Below are positions 29,665 to 40,495 of a stretch of 64,000 bases of DNA, in pieces (position 1 is the first letter of the stretch; each line of letters starts with the position of its first letter). This stretch comes from Prevotella sp. (GTDB lineage Bacteria; Bacteroidota; Bacteroidia; Bacteroidales; Dysgonomonadaceae): NCBI GenBank assembly GCA_031285625.1, contig JAITVV010000081.1:121700-185699 (forward strand), in the 5' to 3' direction. The position numbers and the translations under genes are program-made. The notes beneath the pieces are model-generated. The model was not told the origin of the DNA, did not search any database, and worked only from the letters and a program-made list of their open reading frames with translations.

Positions 29665-31434
29665 TCAATCTTTTCGTTTTATTTTGTAGAAAAGCATTTC
29701 ATTTTTGTATTCATTAAGTTTATCACTGGATTCCAATAGTGTAAACTCGTACTTATCTCCATATTTTTCCAGAACTCTGTCAGTATTACTCTTTAATGTC
29801 ACAAAGAATCCCTGGTCAGGGAGCTCCTTGTCTATATTTTTTAAATTATTACGCAGATAAAAGTTTAAACCATAGAGATTCACATATCTTTTCAGATCAT
29901 TTGTAACATATGTATTCCCTTTCAGATCATACTTTTGCATTAATACCTTTGCAAAAGGCTGTGCTGAATATGCATTTTTAAAATTGGAGAGAAGGTAAGA
30001 ATCCATAAATATATTTATAGCAAGCATCAGGCCGAAACCTACCATCAATATTTTCAGATTCATTTTTTTACGTAATAGATATATACTATTTATGATGGCG
30101 CAAAGCAATATTGTGATGCCAAATAACCCCAGTACTCCCGGATTTTTGAACATATCTGAGAATATCTTGATATCTAATAGTGTTTTTTCACGCTTTACAA
30201 ATCTTCCTGCTATATTTTCCACATCAATAACACCAGTATAGGCTAATCCTACAATAACTAATGCAATAATACTTATAACTAATAATATAGTAGTGGAAAC
30301 GCGAACAGCTACCGGCTTAGTATCTGTCAGATAGATAAAGAAACGAGCAATGAAGATAGCAACAAAAGGGTATACAAGCATTATATACACACTTCGTTTT
30401 GATACAGGGATGGAATAAAAAACAAGTGATATAACTATAATAATGAGACTGAATAACAATGCCTTATCCATACTCATTATCTTATTGTATGCATCTAATA
30501 AGATCTGCTTTATCGAACCATTCGGTTTTTTATATTTCAGGAAAAATAGGGAGATAACTAATAAGATAGTCCAAGGGAGAAATCCGGAAATGAGATATAC
30601 AAAATATACCCAAAAAGGCCTTTCATGTCCCAGTTCATACCCTGCATCCATATCATTGGCTTGCATATGCAGGAAGCGGCCGAAGTTTTCATAAAATACT
30701 CTGTCGAAGAACGCTTCACCTTTTATTTCATACGCTGCATAATACCAGGCCAGAGGGATGATAAATGCAGGAAGACCTATAATAATACACTTTAAAGCAG
30801 CTTTAAAGAAATTTTCCTTTTGGGCTAGCAGGTACACACCAAATATCATACAGGGTAATAACACACCTACCGGACCTTTTGTAAGAGTGGCCATACTTAA
30901 CAGGAACCAGGCACAGATAAGCTGTCCCAGCCGCTTTTTCTCATACCACGTATACATTTGTATGAGTCCTGTAACCAGAAAGAATGTGAGTACCATATCT
31001 ACACGGGTAGTCATTGCCGCCCGGTGTATTTCAAAGCAGGTGATAAGTATAAGGCAGGAGATAAATGCTTCCAATACAGGTCTGCGGCGTGCAAAAAACA
31101 TAAAGCAAATGCCTATCATCGCTATAAATGCTATTGTAGAAGGGAGTCGCGATGTAAACGGGGTAACCTCTCCCTTGGTAAGGGCAAGAGAAAAACCGGC
31201 AATAAGCCAGTGGTTCAATGGAGGTTTGTATGCAAACTCATCAGCATAATTGGAAGGTATGATCCACTCGCCTTTTTCAATCATCGATACAGCCAATGCA
31301 GCCTCACGAGGCTCTCCTTTTGTATAAAAGTCTCCTAAACCTATCCAGGGTAGGGTAGATAATGTAGCAATAAGTAGAATTAGAAGAAGTGGTTTTTGCA
31401 AATAAAGCGTTTGCAGAAAATGTGATTTCTTCAT
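29665..31434 (-). CDS. ArnT / GT39-GT83 family glycosyltransferase
   Basis: 'GEPREA', 'KPPL', 'SRLPS', 'RVDM', 'LTKGP', 'SKRSVY'. Confidence 0.88.
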   Translation of the reverse strand: MKKSHFLQTLYLQKPLLLILLIATLSTLPWIGLGDFYTKGEPREAALAVSMIEKGEWIIPSNYADEFAYKPPLNHWLIAGFSLALTKGEVTPFTSRLPSTIAFIAMIGICFMFFARRRPVLEAFISCLILITCFEIHRAAMTTRVDMVLTFFLVTGLIQMYTWYEKKRLGQLICAWFLLSMATLTKGPVGVLLPCMIFGVYLLAQKENFFKAALKCIIIGLPAFIIPLAWYYAAYEIKGEAFFDRVFYENFGRFLHMQANDMDAGYELGHERPFWVYFVYLISGFLPWTILLVISLFFLKYKKPNGSIKQILLDAYNKIMSMDKALLFSLIIIVISLVFYSIPVSKRSVYIMLVYPFVAIFIARFFIYLTDTKPVAVRVSTTILLVISIIALVIVGLAYTGVIDVENIAGRFVKREKTLLDIKIFSDMFKNPGVLGLFGITILLCAIINSIYLLRKKMNLKILMVGFGLMLAINIFMDSYLLSNFKNAYSAQPFAKVLMQKYDLKGNTYVTNDLKRYVNLYGLNFYLRNNLKNIDKELPDQGFFVTLKSNTDRVLEKYGDKYEFTLLESSDKLNEYKNEMLFYKIKRKD

Positions 31435-31582
31435 ATGTATCTTTGATTGAACATTTTTGCAAAGATAAGTTTTTATTTTTTATATCATCGTATGTATAAA
31501 GGCTTTTCAGATACTCTTTATAGCATATTGATAAAGAAAGGACGAAGTTTTGCTCCGCCCTTTCTATTTATCTGAATTTTGT

Positions 31583-33610
31583 TTATTTTAATCCGTCTTT
31601 CTTTACATTCAAAGAAGAATATGCCAGATAGAGAATAATAGCTCCATACATTACCAATGCCAGCCATTGTGCCCAATCTGTTTTTTCCCATTCTTCACTG
31701 ACAAAGTTGAGTCCTGCAAAACGCATTGTTGCACTCACAACTCCCATCAAGGCCCCACCGGCTATAAAACCCGAAGCTAATAAAGTACCTTTATCCAGAC
31801 GGGCAGTATTCAAAGCTTTATCTTTGCTACGGCTTCCTACATACCAGTTCACTGCGCCACCAATCAATAGTGGCACATTCAACTGTAACGGAATAAACAT
31901 TCCTAAGGCAAATGCAAGTGCCGGAACCTTACAGAATGTAAGCAGTAAAGCGATTAGAGCGCCTATACCATACAATATCCATGGTGCGCCTGTACCCGAC
32001 ATCAGCGGATCTATAACAGCAGCCATAGCATTGGCCTGAGGTGCCACCAAGGCATTTTCTCCGGTAAAGCCATAAGTATCGTTCAGGATAATCATTACAC
32101 CTCCTACGGTTGCTGCAGATACCAATGTTCCCAGGAATTTCCATGATTGTTGTTTTGCTGGAGTAGTACCCAGCCAGTAACCGATCTTAAGGTCGGTAAT
32201 AAACCCACCGGCCATAGACAGTGCAGTACATACAACACCTCCCATGATCAGTGCAGCCACCATTCCCGATGTTCCTTTCAGCCCGACTGCCACCATAATT
32301 ACCGAAGCAAGGATCAATGTCATCAGTGTCATTCCCGAAACAGGGTTCGTACCTACAATAGCAATTGCGTTAGCGGCCACAGTAGTAAACAGGAAGGCTA
32401 TAATAGCTACTACCAGAATAGCGATAACTGCATAGAACAGATTGTGCATTACTCCCAGATAAAAGAATATAAATGTTACTATCAGCGCAACAATTACCCC
32501 TATCGAGATTATCTTCATTGGAAGGTCGCGTTGAGTACGTTTGTCAATCTGAGTCCCTTCCTTATTTCCACCTTTGATTTCTTTTGAAGCTAAGCCTATT
32601 GCACTTTTGATGATCGGCCATGATTTTACAATACCTATTATCCCTGCCATTGCAATACCTCCGATACCTATGTGGCGTGCCATTGAAGAGAAAATAACTT
32701 CAGGACTGGCTGATGCTATTCCGTTTACCAGATCTCCCCCTTCGAGATAAGGAGCAGCATTTAATGTTTGCAGTAATGTGTCACCCAGCAACGGGAGAAC
32801 GGGAACAATCACAAACCAAACCAAGGCAGAACCTGCACAGATAATAGCAGCATATTTCAATCCGACTATATATCCCAGTCCCAGAACAGCTGCACCAACA
32901 TTGACGCTGAATAGGACTTTAGCCTTGCTCGCCAATGTTTCTCCATAAGGCAATACCCGTGATGTGAATGTTTCGGACCATGCTCCGAATGTAGCTATAA
33001 CAAAATCATAGAGTCCACCGATCAAACCTGCTATAATGAGAGGCTTCGCCTGATCCCCGCCTTTTTCGCCCGATACTAATACCTGAGTAGTAGCTGTTGC
33101 TTCCGGAAAAGGATATTTCCCATGCATATCGGATACAAAATATTTACGGAAAGGAATAAGAAACAGAATACCCAATATACCTCCTAATAATGAACTAAGG
33201 AATACCTGAAAGAAATCAACTGAGATATCAGGGTATTTTGCTTGTAAGATATATAAAGCAGGTAATGTAAAAATAGCTCCTGCAACAATCACACCACTAC
33301 TTGCCCCAATGGACTGAATGATAACATTTTCACCCAATGCATTCTTACGTTTAGTAGCACTGGAAAGTCCCACAGCAATAATAGCAATAGGAATCGCAGC
33401 TTCAAATACCTGACCTACTTTCAGTCCCAGATAAGCAGCGGCAGCACTAAAAAGTACAGCCATAACCAAGCCCCATAATACAGACCAGGGGGTTACTTCC
33501 TTATACAGCTTATTTGAAGACATAATAGGTTTATACTCTTCACCTTGTTTCAGTTCTCGAAAAGCGTTTTCGGGTAATCCGCTTATCTTTTCCTCGTTTT
33601 CTGTTTTCAC
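31583..33610 (-). CDS. OPT family oligopeptide transporter (GTG start)
   Basis: 'YLGLKVG', 'ENVIIQ', 'FPEATA', 'NPVSG', 'DLKIG', 'APQA'. Confidence 0.93.
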   Translation of the reverse strand: MKTENEEKISGLPENAFRELKQGEEYKPIMSSNKLYKEVTPWSVLWGLVMAVLFSAAAAYLGLKVGQVFEAAIPIAIIAVGLSSATKRKNALGENVIIQSIGASSGVIVAGAIFTLPALYILQAKYPDISVDFFQVFLSSLLGGILGILFLIPFRKYFVSDMHGKYPFPEATATTQVLVSGEKGGDQAKPLIIAGLIGGLYDFVIATFGAWSETFTSRVLPYGETLASKAKVLFSVNVGAAVLGLGYIVGLKYAAIICAGSALVWFVIVPVLPLLGDTLLQTLNAAPYLEGGDLVNGIASASPEVIFSSMARHIGIGGIAMAGIIGIVKSWPIIKSAIGLASKEIKGGNKEGTQIDKRTQRDLPMKIISIGVIVALIVTFIFFYLGVMHNLFYAVIAILVVAIIAFLFTTVAANAIAIVGTNPVSGMTLMTLILASVIMVAVGLKGTSGMVAALIMGGVVCTALSMAGGFITDLKIGYWLGTTPAKQQSWKFLGTLVSAATVGGVMIILNDTYGFTGENALVAPQANAMAAVIDPLMSGTGAPWILYGIGALIALLLTFCKVPALAFALGMFIPLQLNVPLLIGGAVNWYVGSRSKDKALNTARLDKGTLLASGFIAGGALMGVVSATMRFAGLNFVSEEWEKTDWAQWLALVMYGAIILYLAYSSLNVKKDGLK

Positions 33611-33731
33611 GGTTAACTATTTTTATTGATTATAAATATCTTCTGAGAATTTAATAGATACAAAACTACATTATTTTTTACAGTTATGAAAATACAACAG
33701 CCCCTTCTTACCTGGTAAGTAATGGTATCTG

Positions 33732-33919
33732 AAAAGTAACAAAAGTAACAACTTCTGCATATGCTTTCCTGTTACTTTTTCTTTCTTTTGTCATCCTGAG
33801 GGACGAAGGATCTCTTCTTTCCCTGCTAACTGGGTCGAGATGCTTCCTTCGTCAGCATGACAAGAGCAGAAAAGGTGACAAAAGTAACAACTTTATACAT
33901 GTTTTTATCTGTCACTTTC
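33732..33919. repeat. Composite repeat: REP-like element (33789-33862) between two ~48-bp direct-repeat hairpins
   Basis: TGTCATCCTGAGGGACGAAGGATCTC...GAGATGCTTCCTTCGTCAGCATGACA flanked by AAAAGTAACAACTT...CTGT(T/C)ACTTT units. Confidence 0.7.
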
Positions 33920-33970
33920 GGGTTTTAGTCAGTAACTTATAATAAGATAATTTTCGAGTTAAAAAGAGAC

Positions 33971-36532
33971 CTAGAATCCCATACCCAGCTGGAACATAAA
34001 ACGGCTGCCGTCTGTAGAGCCAAAGTAAGAGAATTTCCCCGTGAATTTGCGCAGTAGAGTTAGCCAGAATCCTCCTCCATAAGATGAGTGCCACATGTCA
34101 GAGTCATTTCCGGGATACCATACACGGCCGTGGTCTATGCCGACAAATAGCCCATAGTTGAGTGGTGTCAATGGATTTTCGAGTTTCCCCATATCCAGTC
34201 GTATATCCGAATATTGATAAAACGATTGCTTCCCGATAAAACGATTGTTACGATATCCTCTCAGTTCTGTTGTTGCAGCCTGAAAAAAGTCATATTTATC
34301 GGAAAATATAGCCTTACCTTTAAGCTGGGTGGCAAATGTAATGCGATCCGTTATTTTCAGGTTAATTCCAAATTTACCGGTTGCATAGGCAAAATTACGC
34401 TCCGGATCTTTAACATTTACAGTCCAGCCGGACGAAACAGAAAGTGAAACGGACGATACGAAGTGTTTCATCTTTTTATCTAACTCGTAAGTAGCCCCCA
34501 GATCAACAAAATACCTGGAAGAGAAAATAGAATTATCATCCTCATAAAATTCGTTGATAAAGCGGTCTCTTTTCTTTGGATTCTTCACTTTATATGCTTC
34601 TACCGAAGTGGAAATGTTAATGGTCTGATCTTTATTAATATTATAATATAAAGATGGTTTCAACATGTATTTATTAATGTTGACACGGTTGTAATTATTT
34701 TTCTCATTTTTATAACCATTGGTATTATTACCAAAGCCAAAGAAGTTGGTAAAATAAGAAGGGCTACCCAAAAGAGCCATTACATGCAGACTTTTCTTTT
34801 CATCATAACTAGGGAAAATACCCTGATAAATAAAACCGTTGTTAAGGTCATAACTTAGCTGATGTCTTCTTGTATAAGGTGCACGCCTGAAACCATAAAC
34901 AGTATAAGCCATAGATGTACCCAGGTTAAGTCCCATATCGGAGTCATATATTCCTATTGGGGTTATCGAAAATGAGGTATGGCGTAATTGTTGATAGTTA
35001 TAATCCAGAGCACTTTCATCATTCGGTATGATGACTTTTGCCTTGGAAATTTCCTTTAATTTTTCTTTTTCAGACTCAGATTCATAAATAAATACATTTT
35101 TTCCTTGTTGTACTTCGTAATCATTATCACCCTTGCCGCCAATCAACAGTACCGAAATATTTCGTTTCCTTTTGTTTACCTCAAAACTGTCGTCACCTCC
35201 CAATCCATACAACCAGATTTCCTTAGTATGCTTTGGCAGATATTTTTTATCCATGATCAGCTTATCTGTTTCTTTATCATATATGCGTATCTGCAATTCT
35301 TTATTTGGATTCTGGTCAATCACAATTTTTTCGCTCTTATTTGTTCCTGTGATAACCGGATTTTTTTGTAGAATGAAATAATACTTTAATGCCATTGCAT
35401 CTAAATTCCGTCTTATTTTTTTCAGGTTTTCTTTTAGCCTGGTTACGTCATCACTTTGCATTTCTTCCGGTAATGTGAGGAATGCCCTATCTATTACCTC
35501 ATCGGTCAATTCGGCTTGTAATGTTTGTGCTTCAGCTTTCCATTCTGCAGCAGTACTATTCTGTGTGAGAGCAATGTCCAGGGGAAGAGCAAGGCCGTTA
35601 GCTTTCTTTAAATTCTTTATGTGGGCATCGTAGTTTGTAATAAACCCGACTCCCAGCATACCAAGCAGCTCTTTGAATAAGAATCCGTCTACCTTTGAGA
35701 AAGCATGACTTCTGTCGATAACCTGTGGCATATAAGAAAGAGAGTCCCCATCTAAGGATGGTATCCAATACCAGTTTTCGGATACTTTATTCCAGTCTCC
35801 TATCAGCATATCGAATAATCGCATCTTTATGTATGACTTCTGATCGATCTTAGCGTAGCCGGTGTGCAGGCTATCTAGCAAAGCATCTACATTGGTAAGT
35901 ACATTCCGGTCTTTTAGATCAGGTAATTGAGAGATACTTACCAATCTGTTTCTTAAATAATTATCCTTTAATATTGAATCCGTATCTGCATTTTCCATCA
36001 TATAATAAATATGGGAATCCATAGAACAGATATCTGCCGATTTTGCCAGGTTTTCAGAAACCATAAACATATAAGGGTGCACAATTGTATATGCTTCTGT
36101 TATAAAATCATTCAGGTATGTATCTTTAAAGTCTTCGTGGCGGTATACATCTCTGAAAAACTTGGATTCCAGAAAGCTTGAAGATCCTCCAAGGGGTTTT
36201 AATAAGTATAATTGGTTTCTGTTATTTTCCAAGATAAAAGCATGTAGCATTGGACGTTGATTGATAATTGATAAGCCCGAAGAACTTAGAGAAGCTGCCT
36301 TAGCCTTTATCGGTTTATAGTAAAGATCCCTGTAATGCTTTCCCCAAGCCCAGTTATAAAATGAGCCATGCTTTTTCAATTCATTTGTATAAACAGACTT
36401 CTTCACCGTTTCTCCTATTCGAACAGGGATTGTATCATCTAAATTATTTTCTTGCGCAGGTAGAGTAACAGGAAAAGCGAATAATCCTGCCAAAAAAATA
36501 ATAGAAATAAAATATTTAATGAGATTAAGCAA
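33971..36532 (-). CDS. Omp85/BamA-TamA-superfamily outer-membrane protein with an N-terminal kinase-like domain
   Basis: Signal peptide; C-terminal barrel with 'LRGY' lid motif and terminal F; 'RLFDMLIGDW..N', 'IDRSHAF'. Confidence 0.65.
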   Translation of the reverse strand: MLNLIKYFISIIFLAGLFAFPVTLPAQENNLDDTIPVRIGETVKKSVYTNELKKHGSFYNWAWGKHYRDLYYKPIKAKAASLSSSGLSIINQRPMLHAFILENNRNQLYLLKPLGGSSSFLESKFFRDVYRHEDFKDTYLNDFITEAYTIVHPYMFMVSENLAKSADICSMDSHIYYMMENADTDSILKDNYLRNRLVSISQLPDLKDRNVLTNVDALLDSLHTGYAKIDQKSYIKMRLFDMLIGDWNKVSENWYWIPSLDGDSLSYMPQVIDRSHAFSKVDGFLFKELLGMLGVGFITNYDAHIKNLKKANGLALPLDIALTQNSTAAEWKAEAQTLQAELTDEVIDRAFLTLPEEMQSDDVTRLKENLKKIRRNLDAMALKYYFILQKNPVITGTNKSEKIVIDQNPNKELQIRIYDKETDKLIMDKKYLPKHTKEIWLYGLGGDDSFEVNKRKRNISVLLIGGKGDNDYEVQQGKNVFIYESESEKEKLKEISKAKVIIPNDESALDYNYQQLRHTSFSITPIGIYDSDMGLNLGTSMAYTVYGFRRAPYTRRHQLSYDLNNGFIYQGIFPSYDEKKSLHVMALLGSPSYFTNFFGFGNNTNGYKNEKNNYNRVNINKYMLKPSLYYNINKDQTINISTSVEAYKVKNPKKRDRFINEFYEDDNSIFSSRYFVDLGATYELDKKMKHFVSSVSLSVSSGWTVNVKDPERNFAYATGKFGINLKITDRITFATQLKGKAIFSDKYDFFQAATTELRGYRNNRFIGKQSFYQYSDIRLDMGKLENPLTPLNYGLFVGIDHGRVWYPGNDSDMWHSSYGGGFWLTLLRKFTGKFSYFGSTDGSRFMFQLGMGF

Positions 36533-36601
36533 TGTAATGTCTTTAAATGTTATTGTATTGAAACAACAAACTTAAATAAAAGATCACTATTTTATTTAAA
36601 T

Positions 36602-37192
36602 TTATTCCAATTGTTTGATTACTTTGCATGGATTTCCAGCTGCAAGGCAGTTAGCAGGGATAGATTTTGTAACCACACTACCTGCTCCTATTGTGCTATT
36701 ATCGCCAATAGTAACTCCCGGCAATATAACTGCACCTCCTCCTATCCATACATTAGAGCCAATGGTTACCGGAGCAGTAGATGCCTTCCAAAAAGACGGA
36801 GCATCATTATCTCCATCGTTATATGACAAACGTTCCCTGGGCTTTACAGGATGAGTGACGGCATATATCTGCACATTAGGACCTATACCGGAATTGTTGC
36901 CTATTGTGATGTTGTTACAATCCAGAAATACGCAATTCATATTTATCTCGCAGTTGTCGCCAATATGTATATTATCGCCATAATCTACAAAAAACGGTGC
37001 GGAAATCCAGACATTTTTTCCTCTTGAGCCAATCAGCTGATCCAATATTTTGTCTAATAATTTTTTATCAGTTGTGTCTGCCTGATTGTATTCCTTCATT
37101 AGCTTCTTAGCCAAATGCCAACGTGTTATTAGTTCTTCATCTCCGGCATCATACATTTCCCCAGCTAACATTTTTTCTTTCTCTGTTTTCAT
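36602..37192 (-). CDS. maa: Sugar (maltose/galactoside) O-acetyltransferase
   Basis: 'EKEKMLAGEMY', 'VDYG', hexapeptide repeats, 'GNPC'. Confidence 0.85.
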   Translation of the reverse strand: MKTEKEKMLAGEMYDAGDEELITRWHLAKKLMKEYNQADTTDKKLLDKILDQLIGSRGKNVWISAPFFVDYGDNIHIGDNCEINMNCVFLDCNNITIGNNSGIGPNVQIYAVTHPVKPRERLSYNDGDNDAPSFWKASTAPVTIGSNVWIGGGAVILPGVTIGDNSTIGAGSVVTKSIPANCLAAGNPCKVIKQLE

Positions 37193-37195
37193 CTT

Positions 37196-38497
37196 TTAAT
37201 GTATTAGAGTGATTAATAATAAGCCTGTACATACAGCACCAACTGTGGCAATGAGTCCGGGAAGCATAAATGAGTGGTTAACGATCCACCTGCCTATGCG
37301 GGTTGTGCCTGTGCGGTCAAAGTTGATTGCTGCCACCACTGTAGGGTAGTTGGGAAGAAAGAAATATCCGTTTACTGTCGGAAAAAGGGCAATAAGCATC
37401 CATGGAGATATGCCTAACAAAATACCGAGAGGCATCAATGCCCTAACAGTTGCAGCCTGACTATACAAAAGGATAGACATGACGAACAGGGCTACACCAA
37501 ATATCCAGGGCATAGATGTTACAATCCCTTCGATAGAATAACGCAACTGAGCCATATTTCCATTTATGAATGTGTCTCCCATCCATGCTATTCCAAAGAT
37601 GGCTACTACAGCCTGCATACCTGCAATGAAGACAGAGCCTTGTGCCGCAGCAATTCCGTTTGTACGTGTAAGAAGTAAGATAAGTGCTGCTGCGGATAGC
37701 ATCAGTATTTCGATAATAATAGGCATCTCGAGAGAGTTGCCTCCTATTACCCGTAGGCCCTCTATGGATCCGAAAAGTATAATTAAGACTGTAGCGAGAA
37801 TAAATATCAGCACCGAAAGTCCTGCCTTACTTATCAGGTTTGACTCAACCTGTGCCGATGTTTTATCGTGTTTGAACATCCCTGCTTCAAGGCGTTGCAG
37901 GTATTCGGGATCTTCATGAAGTTCTTTCCCCATACGCATACTGAATAATGCACCAAGTAAGATACCGACCAGAGTGGACGGAATTGTGATCATCAGAATA
38001 TCCAGAAGGGTTATATCAAATCCAGCCAGCATACTCAATAATGCAACTGTAGCTGCAGATATCGGGCTGGCAGTTATAGCCTGTTGGGAGGCAATCACTG
38101 CTATGGATAGTGGGCGCTCGGGACGTATTTTTGTTTCACGGGCAACTTCTGCTATTACAGGCAATACGGAGTATGCTACATGTCCTGTTCCGGCAACGAA
38201 TGTAAACAGATAAGTAACGATAGGACTGAGCAAGGTGATGCGTTGCGGATGTTTACGTAAAAACTTTTCAGCTAAGGCAACCATCAGGTCGAGGCCTCCT
38301 GCAGCCTGCATACAGCCTGCAGCTGCAATCACAGCAACAATCATCAACATGACATCGATAGGGGGCGAAGTTGGTTCCAGACCAAATACGAAAACGAGAA
38401 CAGCAAGTCCAAGTCCACCCATTACACCTAAGCCTATACCCTGAAGACGGGCTCCAATTATGATAGCAACGAGGACAAATAAAAATTGAATGAGCAT
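37196..38497 (-). CDS. Anaerobic C4-dicarboxylate transporter (DcuA/DcuB family)
   Basis: 'AGTGH', 'RPERPL', 'ASPISAA', 'FDRTGTT', 'NHSF'. Confidence 0.93.
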   Translation of the reverse strand: MLIQFLFVLVAIIIGARLQGIGLGVMGGLGLAVLVFVFGLEPTSPPIDVMLMIVAVIAAAGCMQAAGGLDLMVALAEKFLRKHPQRITLLSPIVTYLFTFVAGTGHVAYSVLPVIAEVARETKIRPERPLSIAVIASQQAITASPISAATVALLSMLAGFDITLLDILMITIPSTLVGILLGALFSMRMGKELHEDPEYLQRLEAGMFKHDKTSAQVESNLISKAGLSVLIFILATVLIILFGSIEGLRVIGGNSLEMPIIIEILMLSAAALILLLTRTNGIAAAQGSVFIAGMQAVVAIFGIAWMGDTFINGNMAQLRYSIEGIVTSMPWIFGVALFVMSILLYSQAATVRALMPLGILLGISPWMLIALFPTVNGYFFLPNYPTVVAAINFDRTGTTRIGRWIVNHSFMLPGLIATVGAVCTGLLLITLIH

Positions 38498-38638
38498 ATA
38501 ATCTCTATAAATTAATTTTCAAATATAACGTTAATCTGCAAATTAAGTTTTGATTATCATATTGGGAAAAATATGTCGAAATAATTTCACCGTATTTTTG
38601 ACAGATCAAAATTATCGATTCCTAAATTTTGCAAATAC

Positions 38639-38998
38639 CTACCTAAATAAAATAAGATCAAAAAGTCCACAAATTGCAATACCTGTTATGATTGACCAGG
38701 AGAATACATCTTTAAATTTATTTTTTTCATGATTCAGAAACAAAAGATGCAATAGAAAATGGATAATCATAAAAACATCAAATATCTTAGTAAAGATCCC
38801 GGCTGTTGTTACATTTGTTATAAACCAGAAAATTACTATAAATATAGGAATATGAAGAGTGGTAAATATAATATATCCTTTTCTGTCACTTAATGACGAA
38901 AGTACAGGGAACATTTTCCATTCTTCGCATCGTATTGCATCCATCTCATGGATCAAAAATAATGAAAGGCCGATATAGAATAAACAAAACTCAGTCAT
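38639..38998 (-). CDS. Small membrane protein (DUF6713-like); start at 38998
   Basis: 'HEMDA...EW', 'HIP', 4 TM; the longer track start overlaps the tssC terminator; TATCTTTG box at ~39020. Confidence 0.7.
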   Translation of the reverse strand: MTEFCLFYIGLSLFLIHEMDAIRCEEWKMFPVLSSLSDRKGYIIFTTLHIPIFIVIFWFITNVTTAGIFTKIFDVFMIIHFLLHLLFLNHEKNKFKDVFSWSIITGIAICGLFDLILFR

Positions 38999-39033
38999 TG
39001 TTTTTGTATTAGTGCTTTCCAAAGATACAAAAT

Positions 39034-39064
39034 AAAAAAGCCGGTAAATCATTTACCGGCTTTC
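39034..39064 (-). terminator. Terminator of the tssBC operon
   Basis: AAAAGCCGGTAAA-tca-TTTACCGGCTTTT. Confidence 0.85.
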
Positions 39065-39079
39065 TAAAATAGTGTTTTA

Positions 39080-40465
39080 TTATTGTTGAGCATATTCAGA
39101 TTCCCAATCTACATCATCATCCCCTTTTGTTCCATCAAGTTTGATAACAAAACTTTTGGCCGGGAAGAAAGGTGTAATATGCAGATCCAGATATATCCTG
39201 TCTTTTTGCTTAGGATCGCGTTCAAACCTGTTTATTTTGAATTTTTCGATCAAACGGTCAGCACCTTGTATGCCATCCAGGAATTTGATGATCTGCATAC
39301 GCAGATCTTTCTCAGTTTTAGAGCTCCAATTTTCAAAAGCTCTGCGGTTAAGAAAGTCGATAAGTACTTTGGTGATATAATCGAATACACGTACAACAGA
39401 GTAGGTTTGTAGTCCAAGGTTATCTCCATTAAACAAAGTTTTGGCAGAGAAAGCCATCACTTTTCCATATTCGTTTACCATAGGGATAAGGCCTATCTTA
39501 TCCAATTGTGATATCTCGCTTTTCTTCAAAGGAAATACTACTCCGTCAACTTCATTGATTCCACCATGTTTTTTACCTGCTGTAACCTGAGACATAAGAG
39601 TATAATATACTTTTCCTGCCAGTGCTGCAGCCGGAGATACATGTAAATCTTCAGTTTCTCCCAGATTAGCATATTTCTGGCGTCCTACAAGCCAGTTACA
39701 AGCCATACATGTATTGGCTTTGAAGGTATCGCCTCCGGTGTGGTTTGCAGAGAAGAACATATCGATAACATCATCCGGTTTTTCCAGATCGGCGAAATCC
39801 GTAAACAACATTACTTTGTTTTCATATGCAATCTTAGACCATTTTTCAATCACCTTATTCGATCCCAGATAGCCCGGTAATACTAATATAGAATAGTTTT
39901 CACGTAGATCAAGACGGTCGTAATGTTGTTTCAATTCGCTGTTTACAAAATCAATAAATCTTGAATTATCCAGATCCGTTACTTGTTCAGGAGTTGCGTT
40001 AAGTATAGATATATTCTTCAACTTATCCGACTCGGTGTTTTTATAGAATAACATTACCGAACGGTATGAGCGTTCTAGTTCTTTAACCGTTTCTACTGCT
40101 TTCATTAGGTTCTTATCCAAAAGTTCTGATACAAAAGATTCTTTTTCTTTACTTTTGTCCAGCATTTCTGTTGTATTCTTTGTTTCCGAAAGCAGATCGA
40201 TCCACATTCCCAGTTGGTTTTGTAGTTCTTTTCTTTCCTCTCTTTTAGACTCATCTGTCAGGAATATTTTTTTCCGGGCTTTACGTTCAGGATTCAGATT
40301 CTGAACCCCATCTATCGATGATTCGAGAAATGTAAAACCTCCAAATTTTGCCAGTTTATTAATTGAGTCCAGCAACACATTCTCCTGTGCTTTTTTATCC
40401 TTTACAGCCTGTTTTACAGCTTGTTCCTGTACCGTAGCTTGTAATGCTTTTTCTTCTTGTGACAT
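39080..40465 (-). CDS. tssC: T6SS-iii contractile sheath large subunit (DUF5458)
   Basis: 'NLNPERKARKKIFL', 'DRLDLRENYS', 'GLQTYSVVRVFDY'. Confidence 0.92.
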   Translation of the reverse strand: MSQEEKALQATVQEQAVKQAVKDKKAQENVLLDSINKLAKFGGFTFLESSIDGVQNLNPERKARKKIFLTDESKREERKELQNQLGMWIDLLSETKNTTEMLDKSKEKESFVSELLDKNLMKAVETVKELERSYRSVMLFYKNTESDKLKNISILNATPEQVTDLDNSRFIDFVNSELKQHYDRLDLRENYSILVLPGYLGSNKVIEKWSKIAYENKVMLFTDFADLEKPDDVIDMFFSANHTGGDTFKANTCMACNWLVGRQKYANLGETEDLHVSPAAALAGKVYYTLMSQVTAGKKHGGINEVDGVVFPLKKSEISQLDKIGLIPMVNEYGKVMAFSAKTLFNGDNLGLQTYSVVRVFDYITKVLIDFLNRRAFENWSSKTEKDLRMQIIKFLDGIQGADRLIEKFKINRFERDPKQKDRIYLDLHITPFFPAKSFVIKLDGTKGDDDVDWESEYAQQ

Positions 40466-40495
40466 AACTATTTAAAGATTACTTATTTTTATTAT

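Noticed and set aside
33732-33919. Possible mini-CRISPR
   Set aside because: Only two degenerate repeats, the spacer is itself a REP, and there are no cas genes.
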